64,000 nt of DNA from Podarcis liolepis (lineage: Eukaryota), in assembly GCA_965112155.1 (NCBI GenBank), contig OZ218099.1; one strand, written 5' to 3'. The notes beneath the pieces were generated by a model. That model did not search any database, was not told the DNA's origin, and saw nothing but the letters and a program-made list of their open reading frames with translations. A program made the translations under genes and the position numbers. Positions 1 to 12,745 of this stretch are shown here, piece by piece (positions within the stretch are counted from its first letter, which is position 1; each line of letters begins with the position of its first letter).

Positions 1-33
1 GGTAGGGGTTTTAAGTTTCATTCCTGTGATGAA

Positions 34-140
34 GTGGATAAAGTGCTGGGACTGAATGTGAGAGATGCAGACTGAAATCCCTGCTGAGCCACAAAGCTCA
101 CTGGGTGGCCTTGAGCCAAGTCAGTGTCTCTCAGCTTAAG
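34..140 (+). mobile_element. Degraded head of the same SINE family
   Basis: aagctcactgggtggccttgagccaagtcagtgtctctcagc resembles the reverse complement of 53285-53345. Confidence 0.55.
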
Positions 141-2631
141 ATTCTTGGGCCATTACTGTAGTCCTGTGAATTCTTTTGACCCAAAGTCTTAAAGGAGGGA
201 GACACAGGCAGGACTGTTTGCACAATACTTTTCCACGCCTCTTCCCCACCCTCATCACAATGCATAGAAAGCACACGTGCATTAGCTAATATAGGTTATG
301 ATTCCTGTGTGGCTCGGGGAGGATGGGAACAGGGCAGGAAAGGGAGCACATAAGCCTAAGCCCAGCTCCTAATCTCATAGGGCACAGAGATGAGTTCAGA
401 TATGCATCACATTTTAACTCTCTCAAACATGCCACCAGCTGAGATATTCCATTCTAGACAGTGTTCTTGGTAGAGCTGGAAGTGTTCCAAACCAAAGGTA
501 TTTCTCTGGTAGTAGACTTTAGATGCCAGCGCTCTCTTTCTCTCTCTCAAGCTCTTTTAAAAACGAGGGATAAGGTTTCTAACACATTGTTAATTTCAAT
601 TTAATGAGCCAGCTCGTGTTTGAGAATTGGTATCAGTGTTGCCAAAAGTGTATGAAAATAAGCTTTGAAAGGGGGAAGGATGGAGCAATACATTAACTGG
701 AGCCAAATTACTAATACAAAAGCATCTGGAATTATTTATCTAATTATCAAGGCAGCAATATTTTCAGAATTCTTTCAGCAATGAAACAGACTATTCATTT
801 GCACTCCTCGGTTAAAAAGTGTGGAAAGTGTTGCTGTCCTCCCACACCCACCAATAAACTATAATAATTCACTTTCTGATAACAAATATCACAATGGCAC
901 TGATTCTCACTAATAACGGAGAGATGGTGAGATGTCTACCAAAGAGGGATCATAGTGTCCTTGGTGTATACATGGCAGCTGGAGCCCATATGTAATTTGG
1001 TTGCAATGTAAACAGACCAGTGGCTATTGATGCCCAGTGAAAAGTTGGAAGACTTCATGGGAAAGTTTATTAAAGTTTAAAATCCCATATTGCTCCCTGC
1101 TACAACACTTGATTTTAAGGGTCATAGTCATGGCGGCTTAGTACATGCCATTCATACACAGAGATGGGTTCTGTGTGTGGATTGCCCTTTTGTCTACCTT
1201 GCACAGAAGAGTTTTCGGGGCGGGAGTGGGAGAAGAATGCTTCCAATAGTTGAGGGAGCTATGATGCAGAGATGTTTGTTTCCAGACATTTTGGGATCTC
1301 TATTGACTTCAGTGGGAGTTTCTAAACTTCTGTCACCTCGTCTGCAGATTTTATATACCATTCCATACCTTTGTCTCTCAGGGTGAGAAATGATATCAGA
1401 GTGAGTGTGGGATTCATTCTCTCTCTGTCCCCTCCCCCCGCTGCTCTGTCTATTTTTGCTTCTTGTGCAACAGCACACCAGCACACCTGCTGCATTGTCA
1501 TGCCTTCAGACCCCACCAGTTTCAAGGGGACTTACTAGCATGCTTGTTTTTATCCATAGAGTGTTACTTGTAGATAGGATTACAGCTTTTACTTTCATTG
1601 AATGGTATTTTGTTGGTTTACCAGTAGGTATGATTTCGGAAAACTTTTCATTCTTTCCTAGGATTTCTCCCCCCCCCCCCCCAAATAACATCACTAGCCC
1701 CTTTCCATGTCTGTGAAAGTCATAAGATTTGGCAAAGCTCTAAATCATTTTGCCAGATACATTTAATAAGCTGCTATAATTATCAGAAAATGAAAAACAT
1801 CCCTTTTACAGTGTGTTTCATTATTATTTTTTGAGTTGTGCTATTTTTGAAAATAATTCCTGAGTGAATCAAGGTGGCAGTAAATAACAATGTGAGATTT
1901 CATTGAAGACTGCTAGCAGAACTATCTTTCCACTTTAATAAACTGATTTGTTTATGGGCATTGGCCACGAAGGCTTTTTACTAGAATGTAGGTAGAGAGA
2001 AGATGACTGACTAATGCATTTGCTATAATAAAATCAAGGATTTGCATTGAACCATTTTTCAACCATGCACCAGCTTCATAGTTCAGCTATTGGCTTATTT
2101 CCTCCCCCCCCCCCCCCAGTGCCTCTGGCAATTTCTCATGCAGTGTTTTAATTGTTGTAACCTGCCCTGGGACCTTGGGGTGAAGGGCGAGTAATAAATT
2201 TTAATAAGAACAACAACAATAACATAATATTACTACTCAGGGGCAAGCCTAGGTTGGTTTGTTACAGAGAATATCAGAATTTTTGACCAACAACTGTTCC
2301 CTGGCAAGCAGACTGGTATGGTACACATGTGGTTGCCACATTTATACAATACACAGTTAAGTGCATGCTTACTGTATTGTATGTGTGTGCTCAGAAACAT
2401 ACATGAGGTGACCCTGCAGCTATTAAAACTAACATTTTTGTTTATTTTTTGCTTCTGCAGCTTCCTTGAGTGTGTCAGGGCTGTTGCATCCATTCAAAGA
2501 TGTGCCCTAACTGGCCTTGATGCAACAAGCACTGTCTGCAAATATAGTAACAGCTAGCCAGAAGTGATCACTAATTGCAGCAACGGAAAATGAGCTGTGC
2601 CTAAGGCATAAAACATGACCAGGACTCTGTA

Positions 2632-2873
2632 CGGTTGTACCTTGGAAGTTGAACGGAATCTGTCCTTGAAGTCCACTTGACTTCCAAAGCGTTAGAAAAA
2701 CCGAAGCATGGCTTCTGATTGGCTGCAGGAAGCTCCTACAGCCAATCAGAAGCCCCATTGGATGTTCGGCTTCCAAAAATATTTCGCAAACTGGAACAGT
2801 CACTTCTGGGTTTACGACTTTCGGGAGCCAAAACGTTCGGGAACTAGGCTGTTTGACTTCTAGGGTACGACTG
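2632..2873. mobile_element. Tc1/mariner(pogo/Tigger)-type MITE, family A
   Basis: Ends cggttgtaccttgg / tagggtacgactg, flanked by TA on both sides. Homologous to 22713-22926. Confidence 0.85.
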
Positions 2874-4793
2874 TAGCTTTTTTTGTGGATATCCTGGGCC
2901 ATATATTGCATGCTCCACACAAATGTTTCCCCAAGGACAGTTGTGTAGTGAAGATTTGAAATACCTGAAATGGCCGCTGGCTTCCAGTTGCATGGCACTT
3001 TATCGTGCATTCCTGCATAGTTGCTGTTCAGTAGGCACATGGAACCAGTCACCCTTATCCACCTTCCAGAATACATGCATTTTATTTTATTTTATTTAAA
3101 AAGATTTAATAAAGATATTCAGAAAGTAAGGAACCATTGTGGTGTTATGAAGCAGCTACAGGAGAAGAAAAGCTAGAGGTGAAAACAAATCATACTGTAT
3201 GAGAAAACCCCATGGCATCTGGTTGAGGCAGATAGCCAGGCAAATGCTTTATTTATTTCATGGCCACATACTGCGCCCCCCGCCAGCAGTCAAGACATGA
3301 TTATTTGTTCCATCGAGGTCTCTTGGGCTGGAGTGGCTCCCCAGGGGGCAGAGCTTCAGCGATGTCCTTCACTGGGAGGGCTGAGGAGCTGGCAAAGTCA
3401 TGGCTGCACAGAAGCAGCCGTGGGAGCACCAGATTGGCTTTGCTGGTGTGTCTGCCATTTCCTGACCTCACTGCCTCCTGTTCTTCCTGCTAAGCATCAA
3501 CAGTAGGAGGCTGTTGCAGTAGCACCACATGACCGGGAGAGCCATCCCTGGTCAAGATTAGTTTTTAAAAGGAGTATTGCATGTTTGAGATGTGACCTCA
3601 GACGCTGTTTCTGGAATCACTAAGCCATACACGTCACCCCGGGGTTCCAAATCTACCAATCTCCACACATCTGTTCGAGGCCCTGGTTAAATGGAGCAGC
3701 TCTTTAGCCCAAGGTGTAGTCATGGTTGTCCAGCCATGAACCCTCCAGTTAATGTCTAATTTGTGATTATGAGGATAAACTGTCAATCTGGAGTTGAATC
3801 AAAATGATCTATATGACTTGGGGCACACCAGTTATAGTCAAACAGTTGGATGTTGGGATAAATGTAAGTGCTGTTCACACTGACACTCCTCTTACTGCAT
3901 AGTTTGTTAATTACCTTCTACCTTTAATGAGGGGGAGAGGTGGTGGAGGGAGCGCACAAGTTCAGAACCCGCTTTTGATCTTGCCCTATATAGAATTCGA
4001 TGGTGAAGCAATATCTGAACAGGTCCCAATTACTTGTTAAGGGATGCTGCTTTTAATCCTGGCACGCAGAATATTCACAACAAATGTTCAGTGTCGTGGA
4101 TGAGTAACACATACAATAAATTTGTTGCAACTTGTTTTGGGGGAGCAGTAATAATCTGGGAATCACTTCTCTGCTGGGTTCCCAAGTATGTTTTGACTTC
4201 AGTAGAACACAATTCTGTGCACATTTAGTCAGAAGTAAGTCCTGCTGAGTTCTGCTAGGCTGTCTTGATACCAAACCACTGCATTTGGTGACCAAATTGG
4301 CAAGAGATTTGTTCGCTTACTGTTCTGCAGAGGCCTTTTTGGTCTCCTAGTCTAGGCTGATATTACCAGAGCAGTGCCACAAGGCCTAAGTTGCTCTTTG
4401 TCACTTTGGATTGCGCTAGGCAAGTCACTTCTTTTCACTGTACATCTTGTTATCCCATTTATCTTGCAGCAGTAACTATTTATTTCTCACATTTATTCCC
4501 CACCCTTTCTCTAAGGACCTGGCGGCAATTTTGGTCCTTAGAGAAAGGACCTTGAGGCAGGGCCAGCTGCTCCCATATGAATTTGCCTCAAATGTTAATA
4601 CCCTCATCAGGCACCTAGCTCTGAGTAGCCCCACCTTCTGAGGTTAGGTGAGCAGCTGCCAGGAGCAGGATCATTCCCCTTTTCTACACCCTATTTATAG
4701 AATTCCCTACCAACCTGACAGTCCCTTTGATGATGATAGTGTGCCAGCTAAAATGATTTTATTTGCCCAGACTTTTAGTGGCAAATAATAATA

Positions 4794-4940
4794 ATAGAAT
4801 CATAGACTTGTAGAATTAGAAGAGACCACGAGGATCATCTAGTCCAACCCCTCAATGCAGGAATCTTTTGCCCAACTTGGAACTTGAACCCATGACCCTG
4901 AGTTTAAGAGCCTCACGCTCTACCAGCTGAGCTATCCCAG
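4794..4940 (-). mobile_element. tRNA-Lys(CTT)-derived SINE with CR1-type tail
   Basis: The minus strand reads gggatagctcagctggtagagcgtgaggctCTTaaactcagggtcatgggttcaagttccaagttgggc, followed by ggggttggactagatgatc...tctatgattctat. Confidence 0.8.
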
Positions 4941-7900
4941 ACTGAAAAATCAAGAATGTTACTGTGCTGCTGCATTTGGTTTTATTGGTGTATTTTTTGT
5001 TTGTTTTGATGTATTTTATATTTGCTTGTTTTTTCAAAACTATTTTGCTGTAAGCTGTCTGGAGGACTATGCTCAAAAGGCTGGGTAAACATTTTAAAAT
5101 AAATAAATACACAGATGTCACTCCCATGTTATCCTGTGAGACACGACTATGCCAAGATTACCAGTGAGATTCATGACCAAATAATATTTTGAACCCAGGT
5201 CATTCCGGTCCAATTATAGCATCCTAGCTGCTTATTCTCCAGATATATCAGACACTCCAGACACTTATTCTCCAGATATATCATATTACAAAAGCTATGA
5301 ATGACAAATTACAACATAGAAGCAAATGCCAACCGATGGAATTAGTGTTCAATGCTGTGTCTAAAAGAGAGGCTTTTGCTGTGTGGGCTGAGGTGAACTG
5401 ATGGTAGATTGTAACCAGAAATGATATTTTTGACACATCTGGTCTGAAATATGTTTAGGTTTTGCCTCCTCTCAGTTGAGTGCATTGTTTATTTATTTCC
5501 CTTGTATTGTGTGCTTGTATTGTGTGCTTTCCAACCAGCTCAATAGACTACTTCCCTTTAACATCATGAATTCAGGAACTTAATTTCTGTCTGAATTTCT
5601 GTCTACAGCCCCATTCATGTGTGCCACTTAGCACTTAAAGCTACATACAAGCAGGGCAAGGTGCTAAACTTCATCCCACCCCTATGTAACTGTGCCCATC
5701 GCCACCGACAAGTTGGAAGGCAAAGTCCAAAGTGGGGAGCCTCATTTACTAGTGGAGGCTGTACCATGATTTAGATGCCCAATTTTGCAGGGCCCTGTGT
5801 GATGTGGGAAGGCTCAGCAAGCAGAGGAGTATCTCTGCTCCAGCTCATAGAAAGCGGTTGGCTTAGCAATGCAGAGTGTCTGTAGAGTTTACCATACTTG
5901 GAGACGCCTGTGCTGCTTGTGTGTAGCCTTTGCATGCAAGCAGCATGCAAGTGTGAACTGAATCCATGGAACAGAATTACATTTGAGGTGATAGGTAGGA
6001 CACCCCCCCAAAGCACTGGAAATAATGCAGGGGAACAGGTTTTTGTTACTCAACGCCATCCAGATGTAGGTCCTAAATTGGAATCAGTGTGGATTGAGTT
6101 ACCCGCTAAACCTTTCCATCAAGACCTTCCCTTCCTTAAACATACTTAAATATAAGTGTTTTCAGGAAAAATATAGGCATAAATTACAGAAACGCATCCA
6201 CTACCTCTGGGCTGCACAGTCCCTAAAAGGCACCAGAACTTACTCAGCAGAAAGTTACTCTTTCGTGGCAGCCCTCCTTCCTTATCATGCTGAATTCGGC
6301 CTTGAACTACTTGCCTCCTGGCTCTCTATCTGCTTTAATAGACCTCCCTTGTCATTCATATGCCACCAGGAATCATGGGAATGCAATTTCCCGTGGGACA
6401 GGCAATAGCTCTGCTTTGCACATAGAGGGTCTCAGGTTGAATTGCCAGCATAAGCTCCTTCCCTTGGGATCTCTGCTCAAGGAATCTTTAGAGCTTTTCA
6501 TTTTCTCACCCTCAGACTGGGATGTACACTCCCACACATTTCACTGCCTTAATGTTTGATGAGCCTGGGGTGGCACCCGCTTAGGACTCCAAGTTAACCC
6601 TATGCCACCCAATCAGCAGACAGGTAAAAACAAGCATTCTCATTTTATATACAAGCACCCCAGGACAGTAAAGTCCAGTTCCTTCACAGTCTGTGATAAA
6701 AGTCATTGTTTGATGTTGTTCGCCTGCATGTTTGAAGTGGGCCTTCGATGTCTTGCTCTCCTTGCTTTCCAAATTTACATATCCATCGTTTCAGGGCATG
6801 CCCGTGTCCACCATGCATTTAAACTTTATCTGAATATCTTTGATGTCCTCTATCTGGGCCATTCAGATGAATGTAGCTGAACTGCGTATGAACAAATGGA
6901 TCTTGTACCTCCAGTGCAGGCTTTACATTTTCAGACATATCTGCTTCCAGAGTAAGGAGCCCTCCAGTGCCGCTGGCTGTAAATGAAAGCTTTTAATAGG
7001 GTGGTTTGCTGCACACCCTGAGAGGAGCTCTCAGAGGTTTCCTGTTCTAACATCACTTATTAACATCATCTTGAGATGACTCATCTCTGCCTTTCAGTTC
7101 GTCTTGTTACTCCCACCTCTGGCACGAACTTCAAACGGCTTCAAAGGGGAAAAAATATATAATCAGCATACCAGACTGCAATAGCGAAGGAGCATCTCCT
7201 GGCTATTTGCTTAATTTTTGCAGGTACAAACCTTTCCACATATGAACATGTGGGATAAGCAGCCGTGTGGCTCCTCTCTTCCATGGTAATGACAGAGATG
7301 TGGGGCTTTTTTAAAACATCAGCAATAACAGTATGCCCATCGAACATTTTTTTTTTTTTTGAACAATCAATTATCTTTGCCTGGGGTAGGGGAGGAGGGA
7401 ACCAAGCCTAGCAATTGGGCTCTGTGTAGATGCTTCAAATTTAAAAACAAAATTTCCCAATTTTAATAGAGGAATGATTTCCCTTATATTATCGTATTTT
7501 ACTTAGTCACCTTTAGGTTGAATGCATTTATTCTTTTAATGGTTTCCCCTTTCAGTATATTTATCCCCTGCCCACTTTCTAGCCTGTTTGAAAAGATTCC
7601 CTCCGTACATTGGGATGAGTCACTCAGTTCCTGTGACATTTTCTACCCCCTCCAATGGTTATGATCAATTCTTTCTGTTCTCTTATCTCCCTGTATATAC
7701 CATGCAGAGCCTTTAAAGTTCAAAAGTGTTATCTTGTTCTCTTAGTGGCAGGCTTATCTCGACATAAAGTTGGTTTCATTCATATTGTTCCCTCCTTTAA
7801 ACTTAAGAACACGCATCCTGGGCTTTTTGATGTTCACTCTTGGTGCTTCACATTAAATCCCCATCTTTTTAATTCTGAACCTGGAACATTCCTATTTTCC

Positions 7901-10829
7901 ACCCCACCCCAACACCAACAGAAGCAGCTAAGATATGAGGCAAAATTGCAGCTGCGAGACCAAATCTGCAATGGGTGTTTCACTTACAGTAGGTACACTC
8001 AGCGCCTCCTATTGGCTCAGACTGAACATCATTTTTAAGGATGGAAAGGCATGCTTTTAAAGCATTACATGGCAAGGATTTACACCATGACAAATAATAA
8101 TGCCTGTTAGCTACCAAGTTATTTTCAAGGTTTAGGGACTGGGATATCTAAAGGATTGCCTTCTGTTACTCAGACCTGCTAGGATATTAAGATCAGTGGA
8201 GGCTTTGTTAGCAGATAGCTTTTTACAATATTTTTCTTGCTGACAACATGGATGGGCCTTCTCTGTAGTGGCACCCACTCATTGAAACACTTTCTCTCCT
8301 GCTAGACAGGAGGCACTCACAGGAGACTGTCAAAACACATTTCTTTTGCTCTGGCTTTCTCCAACTAGTTCGTTGGCCCATTTTAGATATTATGTACATT
8401 CCTGACACTGGACAACATCTAACTAATGTGTCTTGCTAGCACAAGTGTTTACACTTGCATAACAGAACATCCTTCCTCTGCGTGCCTTCTAAAGTTCCAG
8501 AGCAGATTTGGGGAGGACACAGGGGGAGGAGAGGAGGAAGCGCCATTGCACAAGTGTAAATCCTTGCACTGATGGGAATCTTGAGTTGGATGCTGCCTGT
8601 TTATTGTTTGCTATTGATCTTCTTTAAGTCACTGTGTAGGGTTATATTTGCATCAGCCCTAGCTGTGATAATCATTGAGTAGGATTGACCTTATACTCAT
8701 AATTTGAAACCAGAGTTTGAAACGGATATGCAAACCCTGGTTATGAGTGAATCTGTTTATATAGTTAAAGCAAACTGTAGAATTAATGTGTGGGAGAAGA
8801 AAAGAAGAGGGGTATGGAGTATGCATGTCTGCATCATGTTTCTGATCTCAGTTGTGACTGCATTGTAGCCTGATAGCTCCATGCCACCAGAATGCTGTTG
8901 GTCAATGGGAATTTTCATGCTGGCCAGATGTAAAAGGAGAGAGGGTTCCTGCCTCTTTATAGAGTTGTGTAGAAGAGGGAATTTCAGCAAGTCATGCGAA
9001 GCCCTGGGTAGGAGTCTTTCATGGCCACCATAGTTGTGTTGCCAGTTTTTAATCTCTCCTTATCCTTTGAGGCTTGTGTGGTACTAGGGAAGTTTATACT
9101 TTGCGTACATTTACGTGAATTGGTGCTCAACACGCAAGATCTTGTTAGAAGATAAATTCCAGATTCTGCACAGGCCTTCTTCAAATGTGCCAAAAGTGAT
9201 TGGTCATAACAGCAAGCCTCTTTTTCGAAAACAGCGATAACATAACTTACATCTGAATCTATGACTCATTCCATAACTGCCTCAGAACTTACAAGGCCAA
9301 CTTTTGCCTCACCAAATGTAATTAAGAGAGCTGGGGAAAACACACAAATCTTGGCTTTCCCCACTTCCACCATAAGACTTGAGGTAGACCAGGAATGGGT
9401 AGCATCCTGCCCTCTGTATGTTGTTGGACTACAACTCCAATTGTCTCTTGACTATTAGCCATGCCAGCTGGGGCTGGTGGGAGTTGAAGTCCCCCAACAC
9501 ATAGAGGGCCACAAGACCCCCATTTCTGAGCTAGACAACATTTTAATAAGTGAGAGAACAAATTTGCAGTATCCTACCTAAAAAGCGATACCATGAAAGA
9601 ATTGCACTCTCATAGAACCTTCCGCTAGCCTAGAACATGGGCAGAATAGAGGGAAAGGATCATAGAGAGAAGGAGCAGTGAAAGAGGACGTTTATTACAG
9701 AATTTGTGGCAGACAAGGGTGACCTTAGACCCATTAATTTCTCACCCATAATTAAAATGGGAATAACAGTGATCTACCTCATGGTATTAGTGTGAGGGTG
9801 AATGAAATAATAGTTGTATAGCATCTCACATGCTGAAAATCCTATAGAGATGACTGATGATGATAATAAAAAGAATTTGGGCCTCTGGTGAGCACCCTTG
9901 ACCTAACTATCCATCCTTCCTGTCTCCAGATGATGTTTCACACCTGAACCATAGTACATTAGCCTGCCTTTTATGCCTCTCTTTTATTTCCATTGTTAAC
10001 ATATTTATAGCAGGCAGTATTCACTGTGATGGCTTTTTTTTTTAAGCCTTAAGTGGTTTCACAATGGTGCTGTATATTATAGTGCTGGACCCCTCCAAAA
10101 AAATAACTTTGGGGAAAGGTAGTCGTTTATATGTTCCTAGGGTCTCTGATGCCCTATTCATAGGTGATAGTAAGGAACACAATATCCCTGGGATAATGTT
10201 TGGTTTTAGATTTCAAGGAAACTTGAAGTATATTTTGGCACTGGACTTCACATCAGCCCACTGCCAGGCAACAAGCCTCAGCTTTCCTCTTTGGAGCTGG
10301 AGAGGAGGGGTGGGGATTGTTTTGGGCAATGGGCCTATGAGGCTCTCGCAGCACAGCTCCACAACAGCAAGGCTCGCAGTGCCAAAGTAATAAATTCCAG
10401 CTGCCTCCTTCAGCTTGGAACTGGGAAGGAGGAGACCTGGGATCTTCCCCATTCTTACGCAGGGCTGAGCACCTCCATAGCACGGCACAACTGTGGGGAG
10501 GATCCTCATTCCCTCCCCAGCTCCAGGGTTTGGTAGAAGGTTGAGTCATGACACACTTGCCAAAGGACGAGGCAACATTGGTGGAATTGTGGACCTCTGG
10601 GCGTTATGCTTGGCATGTTATTTTTAGACCCATTCCTTAATTATACTCAACACTGGATTTGTCTTTATTAAGCTTGCAGTATACTGAGTCCTTGTTTCCA
10701 TTGAATTTTCTACAATCCACTAATCTTTTCCTGGGTAGTTTAAGACCTTATCAGCGTATATGTCGTTAGATCTCTCCACCTCCTCTCGTTTGCATCACTT
10801 TGTCCTTGCTAATGTTGACTCTTACAGGC

Positions 10830-10935
10830 CAGCGCTCCCCAACCTGGTGCCCTCCAGATGTTTTGGATTACAGCTCCATACAGCCAACTCATGCTAGCTG
10901 GGGCTGATTGCAGGGCACCAGGTTGGGCAAGTCTG
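10830..10935. repeat. High-copy palindromic MITE (ccctccagatgtt...aacatctggaggg family)
   Basis: Arms ccaacctggtgccct / agggcaccaggttgg. Related copies lie near 9400-9527, 12788-12926, 14530-14627, 14755-14880, 16455-16545, 50495-50560, 58448-58560 and 63130-63263. Confidence 0.7.
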
Positions 10936-11242
10936 TTTTAAGCTGTTGTGTGGATTTGTCATCCAGCTTAGAGAGCTACTTTTCTGCCCTTTTCCACTTT
11001 GTTTGGGATTTCACCATCTTGAATTAATTGAATGTGATCTGCAACTTTACTAGCTCATTGTCCATCTCTTGGCTCCATATAATTTATGAATAAAGTAAAC
11101 AGAACCAGTTGCAAGAGGTAATCTTTGAGAACCTTATGTTTCTATGTTTCACTTCTAATAATGGTAATAATGATCAACCCCTAGCTCTTCTCTCTCTCTT
11201 TTAATTCACGTACATAATGTTTGGTGGTCACTGCTCTGTGCC

Positions 11243-11446
11243 CACTGGCGGAAGAAGAGGAGTGCAGGGGGAGCTCACTGCCCCCGGCAGCGCGATCCCG
11301 GTGGGGTGCCATCGCGGCTCCCCCCCCTCGTCCTGCAGGCGGTGTGCCCCACGCCCAGGACGTGCCCCACACCCCCAGGATGCGTGCCAGCCTCGCCCTT
11401 GCCTGCTCTCCGCCCCCTGGTACCGGAGCATGAAGCTCCGCCACTG
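11243..11446. mobile_element. GC-rich hAT MITE, 204 bp
   Basis: Ends cactggcgga / tccgccactg. Perfect 8-bp TSD tctgtgcc at 11235-11242 and 11447-11454. Confidence 0.85.
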
Positions 11447-12600
11447 TCTGTGCCTTCTTAAGACCTTCTGAGACAGAATGAGTCAACAAGTTTGATATTA
11501 TTTGTTTCATTTATGTATCATTTCGGTTGAAGTGATTTCACAGAACAATAGAAACATATACAAAACAATTGCATATATAAAAACAGATAAAATGGTTGCA
11601 TATATAAGAACTATTAAAACAATTAACGCATATTAAAATGACTGCACATACAAAAACAATTTCCAGTCAAATACAGATAGATACCAACTGGGACAAATAA
11701 GCTTTGTTGAAAGAGGGAACTTTCAATGTTTTAGCAGCCATTACTCTCACCTATGGAACCTAGAGTAGGAAGTGCCTACCAGCAAATTGTTCTGGGACCT
11801 TGGGATCAGAGCCTTTATACTCAGTAGAAAAAGGGAAGGGTTTTGGCTGTTGTGACCAGGAAGGCACACTATACAGGTTAAAGCTTACTGAGATCCCCAG
11901 TTGAAAGCAGCAACCCAGAATAGTACCTCAGGAGACCCAGAACCATGTTTCATGTTCACTCTAGAAGGCCTTTGGCCACCACACTTCATATTAATTAGCA
12001 GGAGCAAAAACCCAGAGAGTGACATAATGAGAAATGTAGTTGCCTGCTCTTCGAGCTCTTGGGGATATTTCTCATTTTTCTCTCTGAACTGACTCTAGAA
12101 AGTAAAAAGACTCCCTTCATTTCACCAGGGAGTTAGTCCCTGGCATAACTCTAGCAGCCTCCTTTCTTCTTTCACCTCACGATGAAAAACAAAAGTGGAG
12201 GTTACAGTGTAAGGACACAACTCACTGAAATCCTGAGAAAGCCCAGGCCACAGTTACCATCTAGTTCTAATCTGTAGTCAAGCTTCAGGTTGTTAATTAT
12301 GCTGGTTAACAGGTTGGCACTTTTTGCCTGAATTTTAATTGAACAGACCAAAGAAAGTACTTCATCACAAAACACATAGTGCAATTCAACATTGCATTAT
12401 CACAAACATTCTGTCTGCTCAAGCAGATCACTTTGCCAGATGGAACAGCCCCCCTCACCTCCTCTGACACACTGTTCTGGGGGTTCTCCAGAGCTGTTCA
12501 GAGCAACTTTTGGGGTGAGGAGAGTGGGGTGAAAGCACCATTGCGCAAGCAGAAGCTCTTGTTTAGAGCTTGCTTTAATGGAGTGTGTCACGTGAATGCG

Positions 12601-12642
12601 TGCTGCTGCTGCTGCTGCTGCTGCTGTTGTTGTTGTTGTTGT
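12601..12642. repeat. Compound (TGC)8(TGT)6 microsatellite
   Basis: Read directly from the sequence. Confidence 0.95.
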
Positions 12643-12745
12643 AATTCATTGCTACAAGACATGCTGATGGTTGAAAGGGGATTAGAAAAATTCATGGAGG
12701 ATAAGTCAGTCGGTGGCTATCAACCATGATGACTAAATAGAACTA
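12643..12745 (+). mobile_element. CR1 ORF2 terminal fragment
   Basis: Translates as ERGLEKFMEDKSVGGY, resembling the CR1 ORF2 end (KRGLDKFMEDxxINGY). Confidence 0.6.

Noticed and set aside
2507-3076. 189-aa minus-strand ORF
   Set aside because: It runs across MITE A into unrelated flank, with no motif or splice support.
4870-4940. Functional tRNA-Lys gene
   Set aside because: The acceptor and T stems are mismatched and it is fused to a CR1 tail, so it is a SINE head.
12379-12729. ORF with a poly-Cys run
   Set aside because: It is the translation of a (TGC)/(TGT) microsatellite followed by a CR1 fragment.
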